From Anthoceros angustus (Eukaryota > Plantae > Anthocerotophyta): 64,000 nucleotides of DNA. Made by a program: the position numbers and the translations under genes. The DNA is taken from assembly GCA_010909165.1 (NCBI GenBank), contig MU008158.1:3187478-3251477 (forward strand). Direction: 5' to 3'. Shown here piece by piece: positions 25,701 through 39,092 of the stretch. A model generated the notes under the pieces. That model was not told the origin of the DNA. It ran no database searches and saw only the letters and a list, made by a program, of their open reading frames with translations. The first letter of the stretch is position 1, and every line of letters begins with the position of its first letter.

Positions 25701-27675
25701 TCCTCGCCCAGCCCACGCCAGCTCACCTGCCCGGGAGCCGAGCCGCAGCTGCCCACGTCTCCATCCCCGTCCTCCTCGCCGGCGCCCACAATTTTCCCAC
25801 GATCGGTTACAGCAGGCCAGCTCCCCGGACGCCACCCAACACGCTATCCCCAATGCGGCCAGCGCCGGGCGGCATGGCAACCGGTGGGCGGTCCTCGAAC
25901 AGCCTCAAATTCCCCCGCCTGTCAGGGGGCAGCCAGGGGCAGGGGCAGCAGCCTCCTGCCCGCCAATGTTGCCGGGGGCAGAGGCCCGCTCTCCCTGACC
26001 GCAGGAACGCAATTCCGGGCCTGGCAGCTCAAATTGTATAGCACCCCGGAGGCCCGTGGGGCGAGCCCCCCCAACCCGCCGAGGTGGAGGCCGAGTGAAA
26101 TGAGCTGTGGTGAGCTGCAGGTGAGTCAGGTGGGTGAGATGGAGGTGCCGTCAGATGCAGGCCACGGTACTAACGGAAGGAGGGAAGGCTAGGATGCCGG
26201 GCTCTCACAGCAGGGCAGGGATGGCAGGGAGCAGCCGATCCCAATCACGACGAGTCGTGAGCTCACACTCTCAGCTCCACCTGCCCAGCTCGTCAAGGTC
26301 CCTTGAAGGCGAGGTAGGTAAGGTACAGGCACCGGCGCAACCTGTTGCGCCGGGCGAATTCCCCAAACCCTTCACCTCTGTTGCCGTTGCTGCCGGACCG
26401 GCTTTCGCCTGGCGAATCTGGCGTAACGATTACGTGGGCCTTCCAGTCCGAGCGACACTCCCGCTCACCGCTAATAGCCGGTCGGCCTCCCCTGGTACGC
26501 ATTTTCCATTTCGGATGGATCTATGTATATCCTGTATGAGTAATCTTCCCAATTCCGGAATTAAGAATTCGCTAAGGTAGTAAAACTCGTCCTGTGGAAC
26601 ATAAAAAGAAAAATCCAGTTATAGCATATGCTCACTATTCTGGATGCCAAATCGCATATTACTCCTTGATGGTATGTGTCATTATTAGTATTTCATGGTA
26701 TTATATATATTTCATATTCTATTTCTTCTTAAAAAATCTGAAAAATCCTGTGCTAGATGGGCTATGAAATTCTTCTACTTTTTGGCACATTTTTTTCCAC
26801 AAATCATAGGGCCTTATAAGACTTACGTTTTTACTCCCAATATTTTCTTTTTTGAAAAAAGATAGAGGATTTAATATTAAACAGGTAACAGTAACCAGCT
26901 ATGGCTTTGTACATCCACACACACTAAGGTAGTAGAACGTGGTGATGACGGCGGGTAGTAAGGTCTTTCTCATCAGAAAGCTCATTTCCAGCTCGATCGT
27001 TCAACTTCAAGTTCGGCTCCATCATGGCTTGGGCATTCTCAAAAACATCCAATTCGGCGCTTGGATTTTAAATTTGCTTTCAAAAATCTGCAAAACACGT
27101 AGTGAGTAATCGAACTTCCACACAACCTTATGCAAAGCTTTTCGGTGGAATAACAAGCACGTAACTACGCCGGCTCAGCCGTAACACGGCCGGTTATGCA
27201 ACGTAATTCTTGAAGTCATTTTAGAGATAAAAAATATTTTTAATATTATAAAAATTCTAATAAATAATAAGTGTTTATCTTGTGCTATGCACGTGTTTAC
27301 CTTGCACAATGCAGAATAATTATCTGCATGCTGCAAGGTACATAGTTATGTTTATCTTATATTATGCACCATACCACAAGGAAATTTTTTGCATCACTTA
27401 GAGTAATTATCTTCATAACGCAGCATAGTTTTACACAGTGCAGGGTAAGTCAATGTCATAGTAGCAAGTTATCTTATTTTCATAATGCAAGGTAATTTTA
27501 CATAATACAGGGTAAGTCAAAGTCAAAGAAGGAAATAGTTAAATGCTTCTTAGTCAAATGTATGCCATAGTTTTGAAAAAAAAATAAGGTTTTAGTTTTG
27601 GTATGCTATAATTTTGAATATGCTAGCTCTTCAATATTTCTTACGCTTCATTCTGAACTGTAGATATGTATCGTT

Positions 27676-28963
27676 TTAAAGCTCACGGGCAATCGCGATT
27701 ATCTTTTGAACAATTTTACTTATATGATATTGATCAAACCAAGGATATTTTTTTGTGTCAAGACACACCAGCTTCTGACTATCGTAAGCAAATTGGCCAT
27801 TGAAAGGTCCATCGCCACAATATGCTGCATTTTTTACAAATTCGTACTTGGCAATATTAGACTTAATATCTTCTAATATTCTATATGTTGATCTAAAGAA
27901 AAAATACAAATCCTTAAGACCTTTACGATTAGTGAATAACTCATTTAACAAACTCAAAGTAGCATTATTATAATGTGTCAAATGGGCATTTACAAAATCT
28001 ATGTAGAATTTCACTATGTGGAATATATCTCTAAAATTGTACAATATATTTTGCATACATCCCATATTTGCAAGACCCATGATGACAAACTTTCTTTGTG
28101 TGAATATATCTGAATATGGACAATTTATTTGGCATACATCCCATATTTTTAGGACCCGTGATGACAAACTTTCTTGCACCCATCGTATGTAGCTTCTTAA
28201 TCTCATTCAATAAGTTTTGAAGAAGAGAATTTGTAAAAATTTTCCTAGTTTCTTTATAATTAACAATATGAAACTGTCGCCTGTCATTTGAATAATGCAT
28301 GAATGCCCATTTACTATAGCCAACTGAAATAAAAATAATTGATTCTTTCAAATGCTTTTGAACGGCATGGGGACTCAATATTTGTTCAAGATCTCGGAGT
28401 ACTACTTGTTCCATTAATATTATTTGATTTCGAAAGGGAATAACATCTTCTAATTGACTAAGTCCCATTTTAAACAATAACTTTGCACTAGCGGAGGCAA
28501 AATTTACTACTTGTTGCATTATTATTATTTGATCTTGAAAAGGAATAACATCTTCTAATTGACTAAGTCCCGTTTTAAACAATAACCTAGCACTAGCCGA
28601 GGCAAAATTTATGCCGAGCGATGAGATACTAGATTGATTACATGAATGGAAGGGAGATTGGTATCCACTCAACTTGAGGTATTTGGTAGCTAATATATGT
28701 ATTGCAAGCTTACCATTAGTATATCTTTCAGTTCAGAGATGTGTATCAAAGTTTCTGCCATATAGACCATGATTAGCTTTATAAGCAACTTAACAATATA
28801 GATTATTCCAAACATCTACTCATGAATCACCAAATACATAGAGTGCTTTAACGATGTGAAAAACATGTACATGTGATATGCTGCTCAATACTATGCTAGA
28901 GAGTTTCTTTTTCTTTTTTAGAAAGTAACACATACATAAATAATTTGTAGAATTTCATCCCAT
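27676..28963 (-). pseudogene. GDSL esterase/lipase pseudogene, intronless, AT-rich
   Basis: ALYVFGDS(frameshift)VDVWNN, ANHGLYGRNF..ERYTNGK, GINFASASA, LHTMGARKFVITG..MGCMP, WFDQYH (DxxH). Contains in-frame stops, frameshifts and internal duplications. Confidence 0.85.
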
Positions 28964-31225
28964 ATCTATATCTGTAATATGATACGATACCCAGGATGCT
29001 CACGAAATAACAAGCAATAAAAAATTATGATATACCACCATTCAATAATTCAATACATTACAAACCAAGTGGACTACAAGAGCTTGGTTTCTGTTCCTCT
29101 ATTTATACTAGATAGATATCTATCTTAGATCATTTTAACAACTTCCGATCTAGAATTTCTCCAACATTTCCATCGTGGGGTGTCCAGTGACTGTGCTTCT
29201 TGGTCTTCAATTTGTGCCATGAGCAAATGCCCAAGGGAGACCTTGTTCTTTGGTGTTAGTGCTGCTTGGTCTGTGATATATGGCATGGGCAAATGCCCAA
29301 GGGAGACGTTTTGGGAGGCAGAGTTAATTTTGATGAAGCACATTGTACCCTCTTCTAGTTCTATTTTTTTCCCTTCTTGCTCCTTACCTCTCTCGTTCTA
29401 GAAAGATGCGTATCTACCGCGTCTGGATCTACGTAAGTCCTTTCTGGACTGCTACCTACACTATTCCCTGATCCTTCGTCGGGAAAATCACGATCATAGG
29501 CTCTCCCTTTCCAGAAGGCTACCCCTCTTTGTGCGCTTCATCTTCTGAACCCTCTTCTATGACATCTTCTACTTGTAGGCAGATGTACATATTTCTACCT
29601 CTGAGGGTCCCCGGTAAGCTCGGTCACTGCCCGAAGAGCTTACCCCCGTACCACCTGAAGTGTAGCCATCAGATGGAAGCGCGGATGGGTGCTCTCCCTC
29701 ATAGGGTGCCTTGCTCCATGAGCCTAACAAGGTAGTTAAGATTTCCAGGTACTTAGGAACGGTAGACAAGGAGAAGTTCCGTAGGTTGTAGCAGGCCTAC
29801 CATTAAGAAGCACATCAGTCTTATTGGAGAAATACTTCTTGGATGATATATGCAAACAAAAGCTTTACATTTAGCAAATGTATAATTTGCGAATTAGCTA
29901 ACTCGGTAATTTAGTAATTTGTTAATTTTTTAGTTCGCTAATTCGCTATTTTGTTAATTTTTTACTTTACTAATTCGTGTTGAGAATCATATATTGCTTA
30001 TCATGATAATGAATTAAAGAGAAATAGAAGTTATATACAAAAGTAGTTTTGTTTTTTGGGTGAATGATAATCGAATGTATTAAATAAGAAGAACAATAAA
30101 AGCTGAGTACAAAAAAAAATGGTTCAAAGAATCCTCGTAGACAGTAAGATCACAAGAGTGCTACTCAAAGAAATAGCTACTTAGAATTGCCATAATAACC
30201 CCCAATCACGGAAGAAGACAAAGAAAAGAAGACAAATAGATATACGCGCTGAAGCCTAAACAATAAGCACCTCCAAAAGAATCCACGGAGCTGGCCAATC
30301 ACACCACCGTTAAGAATCAGGGCCAACTCTCAAGGTTCTTCAACTAAGGGCCCAAACTGGTCATAAAACACAATTAAGTTGCATGTTAAGAGTTGTACAA
30401 TAAGGATATGGAACATTAGAGGAGGACTAGAAATGAGAGCCTATGTATGATGTGAAAGCAATATTTAAGAGGGTCCGAGGCTGCTGCCGAAACCATCGCT
30501 CTATCGGTGCTGTGGTTCGTTCACTCACCAAATGTTTGAATTTATGGACATTGGAAAACAAATGTCGAGACACAGAGTGACTCGGAGTGACATTTAATCC
30601 AAGGATAAACGTTTCGTTTCGTCCCGTTCCGTTCCGTGTATGGCGTCCTCGCGCTGGCAGGGTTTGCATGTTTGCATTCAATTGGCTTCCGGTGTCGGAT
30701 CCGCTGCGAAGCTGTGCCGCTCTAGTGGGATGTTGCAGGACGGGCACCTCCTGGTCGTGTCATCCCTGTACCCCTGTAAGCGGTGAGCTGGTGCGGTCCT
30801 CCGTTCCCCGTTCTCTTCCCTGCTTTCATCCTTTCAGCCTGGCTCCGTGGCCCCCAGCTTGCTTGTGCTCGAAGTCTCCAGGCTTTGTATGACTTGCAAT
30901 CGAGGACCGTGGTGTGTGTCCCGCCCGTTCCCATTTTGGAAGGTGAGTTTTTGGTGCACAGATTGTGTGACCGGTGCTGCGGTTTCACTGGTGTGTTGCA
31001 TGCGGGGCGAACTCAGGGATGAAGGTAGCCTGTGGACTGACGCATAGGCGACAGATTTGGGGAGCTTCCAGCTGGGGCGGGTCTGACTAGGCTGAGGGGA
31101 GCTCAGGGTTGTGAGTGTTATCCATGGTGGCACACCTGACTACTGAGGCGGAGGTAGAAGTAGAAGTAGAGGCGGAGGTAGAGGTGGTCGCTCCGAATCA
31201 AGCAGGATGAATTGCTGTGTCAGCA

Positions 31226-31925
31226 ATGGGAATCACGACCGGTCGAATGAGGGGAACGGCTTGGCCCTCCGTAACCAGTTTGTCCGCCCGGGGTGGGAGG
31301 GCTATCAGCTCGTTTTCGCCCTACATCCAGGGAGGGCAGAGGCTGCGGCAAGCCATTGCAAACATGACGGAGAGAACGTGTATGGGGGTGACGGTTGATC
31401 CCGCCCATATTTGCATTCCAGCGGCGGGACTGCTGTCTTTGATCTCTTCTTCTTCGGAACCTGTGATGTGGGAGATGCCTGTCTGATTCCCGCTCCGTAC
31501 TTCCCTTGCCTTCGACAATGACATGGACATCAGGAACCAGGTTAAGCCTATTCCTAATCCAACCTGCTTTCTCCGGCGGAGGAGTTTGTGAGCATGGAGA
31601 AGGTGGCCAGCAATGCCAGTTTGCTGAGGGTCTGTTGCCAGCGGACCTAGTGGCAGAAAGAGTCCACACAGCTTATGGGATGAGCAAAGCTTCTGGGATG
31701 ATTTGGGATGGCTTCACACCAAGAACAAGGATCGGAGCGCTCAAGTTCTGGCAGAACATGGGTATGTTCTCTGCCGTCTCCAATGACAACCCAGCATGCC
31801 CTAGCCGTGAACTTCTCGGGTCCACGAAAACGGTCCCAACTAAAATTCCTGGTGGCCTGTGCGTGAATCGAATGCAGCGCTACACACAGTCAATGCTTGC
31901 CACATGGGCTAGTTGCGCAACGTAG
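31226..31925 (+). pseudogene. ACC synthase-like (PLP class I/II aminotransferase) pseudogene with internal deletions
   Basis: Joining frames gives LSARG..SPYIQG, RLRQAIANM..VDPAHICISSGGTAVFDLFFFGTCDVGDACLIPAPYFP.FDNDM, EEFVSMEKV and VHTAYGMSK (PLP lysine). Multiple frameshifts. Confidence 0.75.
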
Positions 31926-33301
31926 TAACTCAAGTCGAGTCTATGAATCCAAATCCTGGCTTCCACCATCTTACCAACAAGTCTAAAACCATGCTGCCTT
32001 GACCCACTCAGCGGAATACCAGCTTCTGAGATTTGTGCTGGGACATATGTGAAGCCCATCAACTAGGGGCAGCACTAGGTGAGGCCTCTCTTGAAGAATT
32101 AGGTGTGTCTGCAAAAATCGCACACATTAAAAGCCAGAGCCAGCAAGTCATGAGCTTCATCTGAATTTTCATCAATGTAATTAGGAGGAGCAAGCAAAAG
32201 GTAGTACCTGGTGGCATGGTGCTAGTGTCACCCAAGTGAGCAAAGTCTGGGGCAGCGGCTTGTGAATCGGTAAACCACAATTCAATTGCTATAAACAAGC
32301 TGTGCTTAAAGCTAGGGGGCAATTTGTGAGCCTTCTTCTCCGGATAATCAACTGCGTATTCGTTTTATCGAACCCACAAACGCCATACAAACAACCTGTG
32401 TGGGACAGGCACGCATGGGACGTCTACAAGATGGCGAAATGTTTCACCTGAGCGTCGATGCTTGTAGACAGGACATATACTCTGCGGTGAACAGAATGTC
32501 CTCCAAACCTAGACGATGGGATTGCAGAGCAGAGGGGAATTCTGGGTCCGCTCTTAGGAGTCACGGCTATCTCCAGGTCCGCCCTTAGGAGTCATGGCTA
32601 TCTCCAGCATTGCACTTGATTCATGCACAGGGCGAGAGAGCTTGTTTGGGGGACAGGTTTCCTGCACACCACAGATTGAGCCGTTGACCAAGCGCAGCAG
32701 CATTGCAGGGCACCCAGCCCGTCCACGAGAGTGTCTGGATGGCCATGGGGAAAGAGATTCCAGCGAAGGTGGTTGCCAAGATCTCGCGCCGCCACATTGT
32801 TTTAGGGGCGGTGCTCTGTCTCGGAGTAACAGGCAACCTAGGAAGAGCTATCGGACGCCCCACTTCCGCGGTAAGGAGTTCAACCAGGTCGTCTGGCTGG
32901 GTAACGTTCGGTTAAGTTTAGAACTTAATTTCGAGCGAAAAATGATATTGCAACCCCGTGGCCTGTTAGGCTCGTCAAAAGAGTGAGCGAAGATGAACAA
33001 GCCTCTGACAAAATAACGGACACGCTCCCGCGATGCGCCTTCCAGGTCAGTGGTCACGGGGGTCCAAAAATCCGAAGGAGTCCCTCTTGCTTCCATTAGG
33101 CCGGGTCGAGATTGAGCCCTCGTTTCAAACCGAGGAGTCGACTCGACCGTTCAGCTTTTTCTCACGTTTAGGGTTTTCGGTGTGGTGTAGGAGGAGAGGT
33201 ATCACTGGACGCCTATTTCTGCTGTCGTTGGTTGCCCCGCGCGTTCATCCCTCAGATTCTGCTGAGCAGTTCGTCCGCTGTCCGAGCGACTGCCAGGAGC
33301 A

Positions 33302-34157
33302 ATGACCAGCCTGGCGTGCCGTCATCCGACGGGTACATGCCTGGGAGCTCCGTTTTCTGCTGATGTCGGTTCCTGCAGCAAGGTTCAATTTCCTCCATTT
33401 TCCTGCACTCGTTGATTGCCTCTGTTGCGCTCTTCCTTGACCAGCTGCGGAAGTTCTGGTGGAGTTCTTTTCCCATATTGGTGTCTGTAGGCTTGGTTCT
33501 TTCTGTCGATACTGAGTCATGATCGTGTGAGTGCAGATGAGCGTAGGACGGGTTGCTCACGTGCAGGATCTGGCGTCCGGAGCTTCTTTTAGGTGCGAAG
33601 GTCTGAGAAGTCACGGTGGAGCTTTAGGATGTCGAAGGAGCCACCAATGTCGAGCTCTGGTGGAGGACAGGAAGGTTACCGGGATGGCATTCGCGCAGCC
33701 GCCAGAGGTGGAATATTTTCCGGAGGAAGAGAACTTGGGCTTCCTGCAGAGGCTGATTCGAGCTTGGCAAATACTGTTTCCCGCCAAACGGAGGACCTCG
33801 TCAAACGCGGCGGTTGCCAAGCAGAGGCTGAAAATGATTCTCATCTCCGATCGCTGCTCCGTGAATGATGAGGCGAAGAGGAGAATTGTCACCAACATTG
33901 TGGGGGCTCTTGCGGACTTTGTTGAGATTGAGTCAGAGGACAAAGTGCAGCTGAATGTCTCCACAGATCCAGATCTTGGAACGGTGTATTCAGTCACAAT
34001 TCCAGTTAGGCGTGTGAAACCTGAGTACCAGGAGTACAGCAAGGAGATGCAAGGGTTTGAAGGATTCCAGTATGACGATGAAAACGTCTTCGGTGAGATG
34101 AGGACTCTGGACATCAGATTTGAGAATAAGGACTCCAGCGAGATGGAGGCGGAGTAA
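33302..34157 (+). CDS. MINE1: Chloroplast division topological specificity factor MinE1 (exons 33302-33382, 33537-34157)
   Basis: AWQILFP..SNAAVAKQRLKMILISDRCSVNDEAKRRIV.NIV.AL.DFVEIESEDKVQLNVSTDPDLGTVYSVTIPVRRVKPEYQE. Transit-peptide-like first exon MTSLACRH..CSK with a phase-0 GT-AG intron. Confidence 0.95.
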
Positions 34158-35066
34158 GAAGAGCTTCATTTCTTGTCATTGTATACTACCTCAAGACAAG
34201 TGCCACATGTGGGTCAAGTATATTCAAGTTGCCAAAGTTGCCATCACTGCTTTTTTCCGCATGTCATAAGATGGATGTGTGGAATGCGTTTCAGGGATGT
34301 AAGGGGCGAGCTTAACACGTGCGAGGTGCTTCCCTCTGACCAAGTGCTCGGCAACAGCTTCATCTTCCAGTACCTGGTAGCAGGCAAGCAGAGTCCGGTA
34401 CTGTGGCTGCAGCTGGAAAAATTCTCAACGGAGTAATCGTTAGATGGTTGTTGGAGTGCTATTTGTCTCATCAGCCTACAGCAAGGCCAGCGGCATTGAA
34501 GTTGGCATGATTTGACCCTGTATTATGAAGTTGTAATGGCAGCAGTTTTGAACCTGCTCATGTACGGTTTGTACATATCTTTTTAGCTGCTGATAGTGGT
34601 GAGAATTTTTGCCGCCGTGCATGTGTAAGTGGCGTCTCAACCCCTTGTGAAATCTCCCCCTTTTCCCGACCTCCGAATGCGTCTGCTTTGATGCGGAATG
34701 TTCCGCTGGACGAAAATGGTTGAGAGGTCAAGATGTAAAATAGCCAGAATTGTCTGCTTCTCCACATAGAAGGATCGATGTAGGTTATCCGCCTGCAACA
34801 GCCGTCAAGGTGAGAAGCAGACAACCTTCTGGATGCGTCTAGTGCGTTACAGGTTGCTATTGCCCAAGAGTACACAGCAATATCTGCAGGCAACATAGGT
34901 TACGTCCTCAGTTGACGAAGGATTTTACCGACGAAGAAACAAGCTCCCTACCTATTGCGACGTGCGTCGTGTGGAGGTAAATAGCGTTATATCCTACCTG
35001 CGACCTGAAGTAGGGTTTCCATAATCCAGGTTACAGTTCGTGCCTTCGTTCCCGACAAGCAGCACC

Positions 35067-35421
35067 ATGGATTCTGGCGGCGGTGCTTCTTCAAACGCAA
35101 ATCCTCCCGATCCTGTCGCCTACCTCTGCGGAGGTCGGCCTCATCCTGCTGCAACGGTTGCGATGCAGATTTTTGTTTCTCCGCTCGCCCATGCTGATGT
35201 TTATGCGCTGGCAAGGAATGCAGATTGTGGAGCTGATAACGTTCTGAAGCCCGGTGACGTTATTCAGTGTCGTGAGTGTGGGTACCGCATCCTTTACAAA
35301 AAGCGAACTAGGAGGAGTAAGTGTGACTGAACCCTGTGCTTGTTTGCGCAATTTGAAATGCTGCGCCTCACCATTTGCTTCGTCCGCTGTATTGTCAGTT
35401 GTGCAGTTCGAAGCTCGGTAG
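35067..35421 (+). CDS. NRPB12: RNA polymerase shared subunit 12 (RPABC4); exons 35067-35133, 35224-35316, 35399-35421
   Basis: Spliced product: ..[44 protein letters not shown]. Confidence 0.96.
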
Positions 35422-36462
35422 CCTTTCTCAATCGGGACATATCGACGATGTCAGCAGAAATGGCCGAGGCTCTGTTGCAAGATAGTGATGGTGTTCTTGC
35501 GGATTGAGGAGCGGTCTTCTTGTCGGCCGCTTGAATTAAAGTGCCAGGGTTACATGTGGACTTTGTTATCATGTGGACGTGTGTTTGTGTTCTCACTGAA
35601 AGTGTCAACCAGATTGCTGCTTGTACTAAATTTTTGCAGTTCCGCAGTAATGTGTTCCGTGCGTGCCATGGTTGGGGTCACAACTCGGTGAGGAACTGAA
35701 GTTCCCCCGATCCCATGGAGACAAAAGCGTTGGACTTTTTCGACATCCGTGGCTATTCTGATTTCTACCTCCCAAATGAACGTCTATAAGGAACTAGAAT
35801 CGGGTTCAGAATCAAGGACTGCAGAGCTTTTAACCAACTCGAGGGGACTCGATGCAAATGCTACTCGAGGCCAGTTCCGTCCCCTGTACGGTAGAAGCTT
35901 TGAGTTAGCAGGTGGCACTCATGTCACAGGACATTCTGTTCACCTGTCCGGTGTATGTGCAAGATGCAAACCTGATGAAGTGCCTCCTGTTTTGACGTTT
36001 TCTTTAAGCGATTGTCTAACGCGATGAAGGAAGGGTAGGAGCTTGGCTCGAGTAGGGGAGACTGGACTTTCATGCGTTAACAAACGGCATCCGCAAATGT
36101 GGTCCGAAGTAAGGGGGCACTGAGGCTTGTGTCTGGAGCAGGTTTAGATTTCGAATTTCGTTGGCAACAGGAAACGTCTTCAGGCTTATAGTAGCGAAGG
36201 CTGGGATAATACTTCTCTGGCATCCCAGCTGAGTCTGTAGTGGAGCATGACTGGTATACTTCTATAGAGCTCTTGGTGATAAGATTCCATAGTGCTGGAC
36301 TCTTATCCGATAGCTGCAAGTACGGAAGGAGGGGAAGGGTTTTTAATCGTGAATTTAGAAAGTAGGGACAGGTTTCACCTAAACCGGGAATTGACCAAAG
36401 TACTCCACGCTTGCAATTTTTGAAGGACATGTGCCTCAACTTCACACCAACCAGTACATGAG

Positions 36463-36553
36463 GCTCGGGCCAAAATGGTCGCTCGGGCCAAAATGGGCTC
36501 GGGCCAAAATGGTCGCTTGGGCCAAAATGGTCGCTTGGGCCAAAATGGTCGCC
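36463..36553. repeat. 18-bp minisatellite x5 (gctYgggccaaaatggtc)
   Basis: Directly visible; one copy is 2 bp short. Confidence 0.9.
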
Positions 36554-37623
36554 ATTCGCCTATTCATCACAAAGAAGTACCCACATAACCTGCGATGGTA
36601 TCTAGGCACGTATTTATATTCATCACAAAGAAGCACCCACGTATCTAGGCACGTTTTTTTATATGACCTTGGGAAGAGCACTTTCTTTTTGTTGATGCTA
36701 TAATACGATGTGTAACATAGGGGAATCAGAACCCTTGCTGAAGATTTCTTCCCCGGGTTTGTTTTGATTTATTTTCAAAATACCAAGAAGTAATGTCGAA
36801 GCATGTGTCAGGTCTCAGGCATGTGTTTTGGCTGGCCAGGCGTCCGGCCCGGCTACGTCCTGCCAGCCTTCGTCACCGGCACGGCGACTTCCTACATCTC
36901 GCGAGCAAAGTATTCTAAATAAAAAGACGAGTCCTTGCGTTCACCCAATACTTAAGACATGGCTTCCACGCTGACCGGTTTCCATGCATATTTAGGTGCA
37001 TCCTTAGGAGCCCAATGGTACACTTTACAAAATTTCGTTGGAAAATGGGAGTTTGTTGCTTCATCATTAAGAAAATCTTGCACTTAGGAGCTTGGAATGT
37101 TTGTCTTTAGCACTTTTTATTGGAGCTTCCTTCATCCACACTCATGACAGTCCAAGCTAAGCTATTCTTCTTGAGAGGCCATTGGCTGGAGTTTGCACAA
37201 TCAATCAAATCCTTGAGCTTATTATCTAAACACACCAATGGTGACATGGTGCATGCAACTGAAATCAAGCTGAAGCAACACGAAATCCTACCGTCGTGAA
37301 TTAATTTTAAAGTGAGCTAAGGTATTGAGTGAATGCAAGAACTTGTCTTTTTCTTTTCCAGAATGCTTTGTTCGCGGGATGTTGGAAGCCGAGAAGAGAA
37401 TTGTAGCCGGCCAGGAGGTGTGTGGAGGCGAGGAGGCTACACAGCCGTGGTTAGAGAGAGATAGGTGCACAGCCGTGACACATGCTTCGATATTACTTCT
37501 TTGTGATGGATAAGTGATGGCATTTTGAAATGGTCTGATCGCACTGTAGCATGATATGGATGGCCTCCTTTGTTAGTGATTGCCCACTGGAGGATTTTGT
37601 TCGTGTTTAGGCTAAACTTAGCT

Positions 37624-37782
37624 TTAGAGGTTATGTGAGGCTATGTGGAAGTGGGTTGAGTTAAAAGTGTGCTGAACCAACCTATGTACCCTTAGAGGTT
37701 ATGCGGGGCTAAGTGGAAGCGGGTTAAGTTAAAGATGTGTTGAACCAACCTATGTACCTCTAGAGGATATGCGAGGCTCAAG
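37624..37782. repeat. ~68-bp tandem repeat x2.3
   Basis: tagaggttatg..ggct..gtggaag.gggtt.agttaaa..tgtg.tgaaccaacctatgtacc repeated. Confidence 0.8.
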
Positions 37783-38949
37783 CACTGTCAGCAGCTCCTT
37801 CGTCAGTATGCACGACAACATGAGTTGCAGTTTCAGCACAAAAGGTTTTTTGGTGGGAAGAGATGTTTACGGAACGGCGAGCACAAATGTCACGAAATGG
37901 TGGGCATAACGAAAACCGTTAGTTAATCCCGTTGTGGATAACCTAAGAGTGTGACGTGGTAGTTTAGTCAGCTGTTTATGTAGCCTACATGGCTGGAATG
38001 GATCATATGTGCACTTTACACTCGACTTGCTGGTATGTAAATAAATGCACAAAGACTTATGGATCACGTTTGATTAGGTTAATCGACGTGATCTCCAAGT
38101 CCTTACAGTTTGCTTAGTAATAGTATTTGCACTATGCTGTATGTATTGATTTGCAAGCGATTTACAAGTGACGCGCAACCCTTGCAGCCTTCGGCAATGC
38201 TCACTGCTCCAAGGTGGCCCCCCAGGCTTGGACTCGACTCATCACCATGTTCATCACTTCGTGCGCCACCCCTCCCATAGGTAGTTCTTCTGTATTCAAC
38301 CATCCTTCGGCTGTGGCTCAGATACAGGACAAGGAGGAGTTGCTTGCCAACTCATAGGTGGGTAAGCCCTGCGGGCCCCCTCTACAACTTCATCCCCCAT
38401 GGACCTTACGTCAGTGATAAGCTCCCCTCCCCGGGTACAAGTCTCATAGAAGACAAAGGCGGTGGATGATATTTGCTCAAGCGCAAGTCAAGTGACCTAT
38501 AGAATTCAAGGCTGAGAACTATAGAAGGCGAAGCGCACCTAGATGTGTGCAAGTGTGCTTGTGCGCATGTGTGCTAGTACCTAGTGAGCCTAGTGTATAT
38601 AACCTATATTGTATGGGAGTATTTCTTGACAAATAGGTACCTACTGCACTTCAAAGGTTTGGAACAGGCGACAATTACTATTCCCTTGGAGAAAGCATTG
38701 GTGTGGGTACAAGCACTATACTACGGGTGACCCGTAGATTAGTTCTATCATTGATGAAACGTGCTCGTACAAAGGTAATTTCTTGCACGGTTCCCGAACG
38801 AAACTGTTAGCGGTCTGCAGTGCCACGTTCGTGAACTGGACAGCCACATCAGCGGCTGTCCGGAAGTGTGGTTTAGTCTAATTCTCGCTGTTGGAAAGCC
38901 ACGTCGGTGAACGGCGGCCAAAACGATAGATTGCCATGTCCCGCGATGC

Positions 38950-39092
38950 CCTAAAGAGCATATATATTCTAATGATGACCAAGGAAATCTAAAAAGTTTA
39001 GCAAACCTTTGCTCATCTTCCATGACAACCACTTCATATATAGCCCACAAATCATTTAAACTAGGTTTACTGTAATACATATCCCACTGCAC
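38950..39092 (-). mobile_element. PIF/Harbinger (HARBI1/ALP1-like) transposase N-terminal fragment
   Basis: EDEQRFAKLFRFPWSSLEYICSL resembles the F..xFRx.R.TFxYICSL helix-turn-helix of Harbinger transposases. The match is short. Confidence 0.4.

Noticed and set aside
25663-26580. Several overlapping Pro/Arg/Gly-rich ORFs
   Set aside because: GC-rich promoter/5' region with low stop density and no recognisable domains.
29380-29800. LINE endonuclease/RT fragment
   Set aside because: Only a vague resemblance (RVWIYVS..DH) with no diagnostic motif.
32594-32915. Thylakoid lumen precursor with twin-arginine signal (KISRRHIVLGAVLCL)
   Set aside because: It needs a frameshift to join a start and has no recognisable mature domain.
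33611-34114. Long antisense ORFs over MINE1 (likewise 62008-62607 over AKR2 and 57178-57708 over the Expp1-like gene)
   Set aside because: These are shadow ORFs of GC-rich coding sequence on the opposite strand.
33302-34157. Bacterial minE / contamination or recent HGT
   Set aside because: It has a transit-peptide exon, a spliceosomal intron and plant-type extensions, and no minC/minD neighbours.
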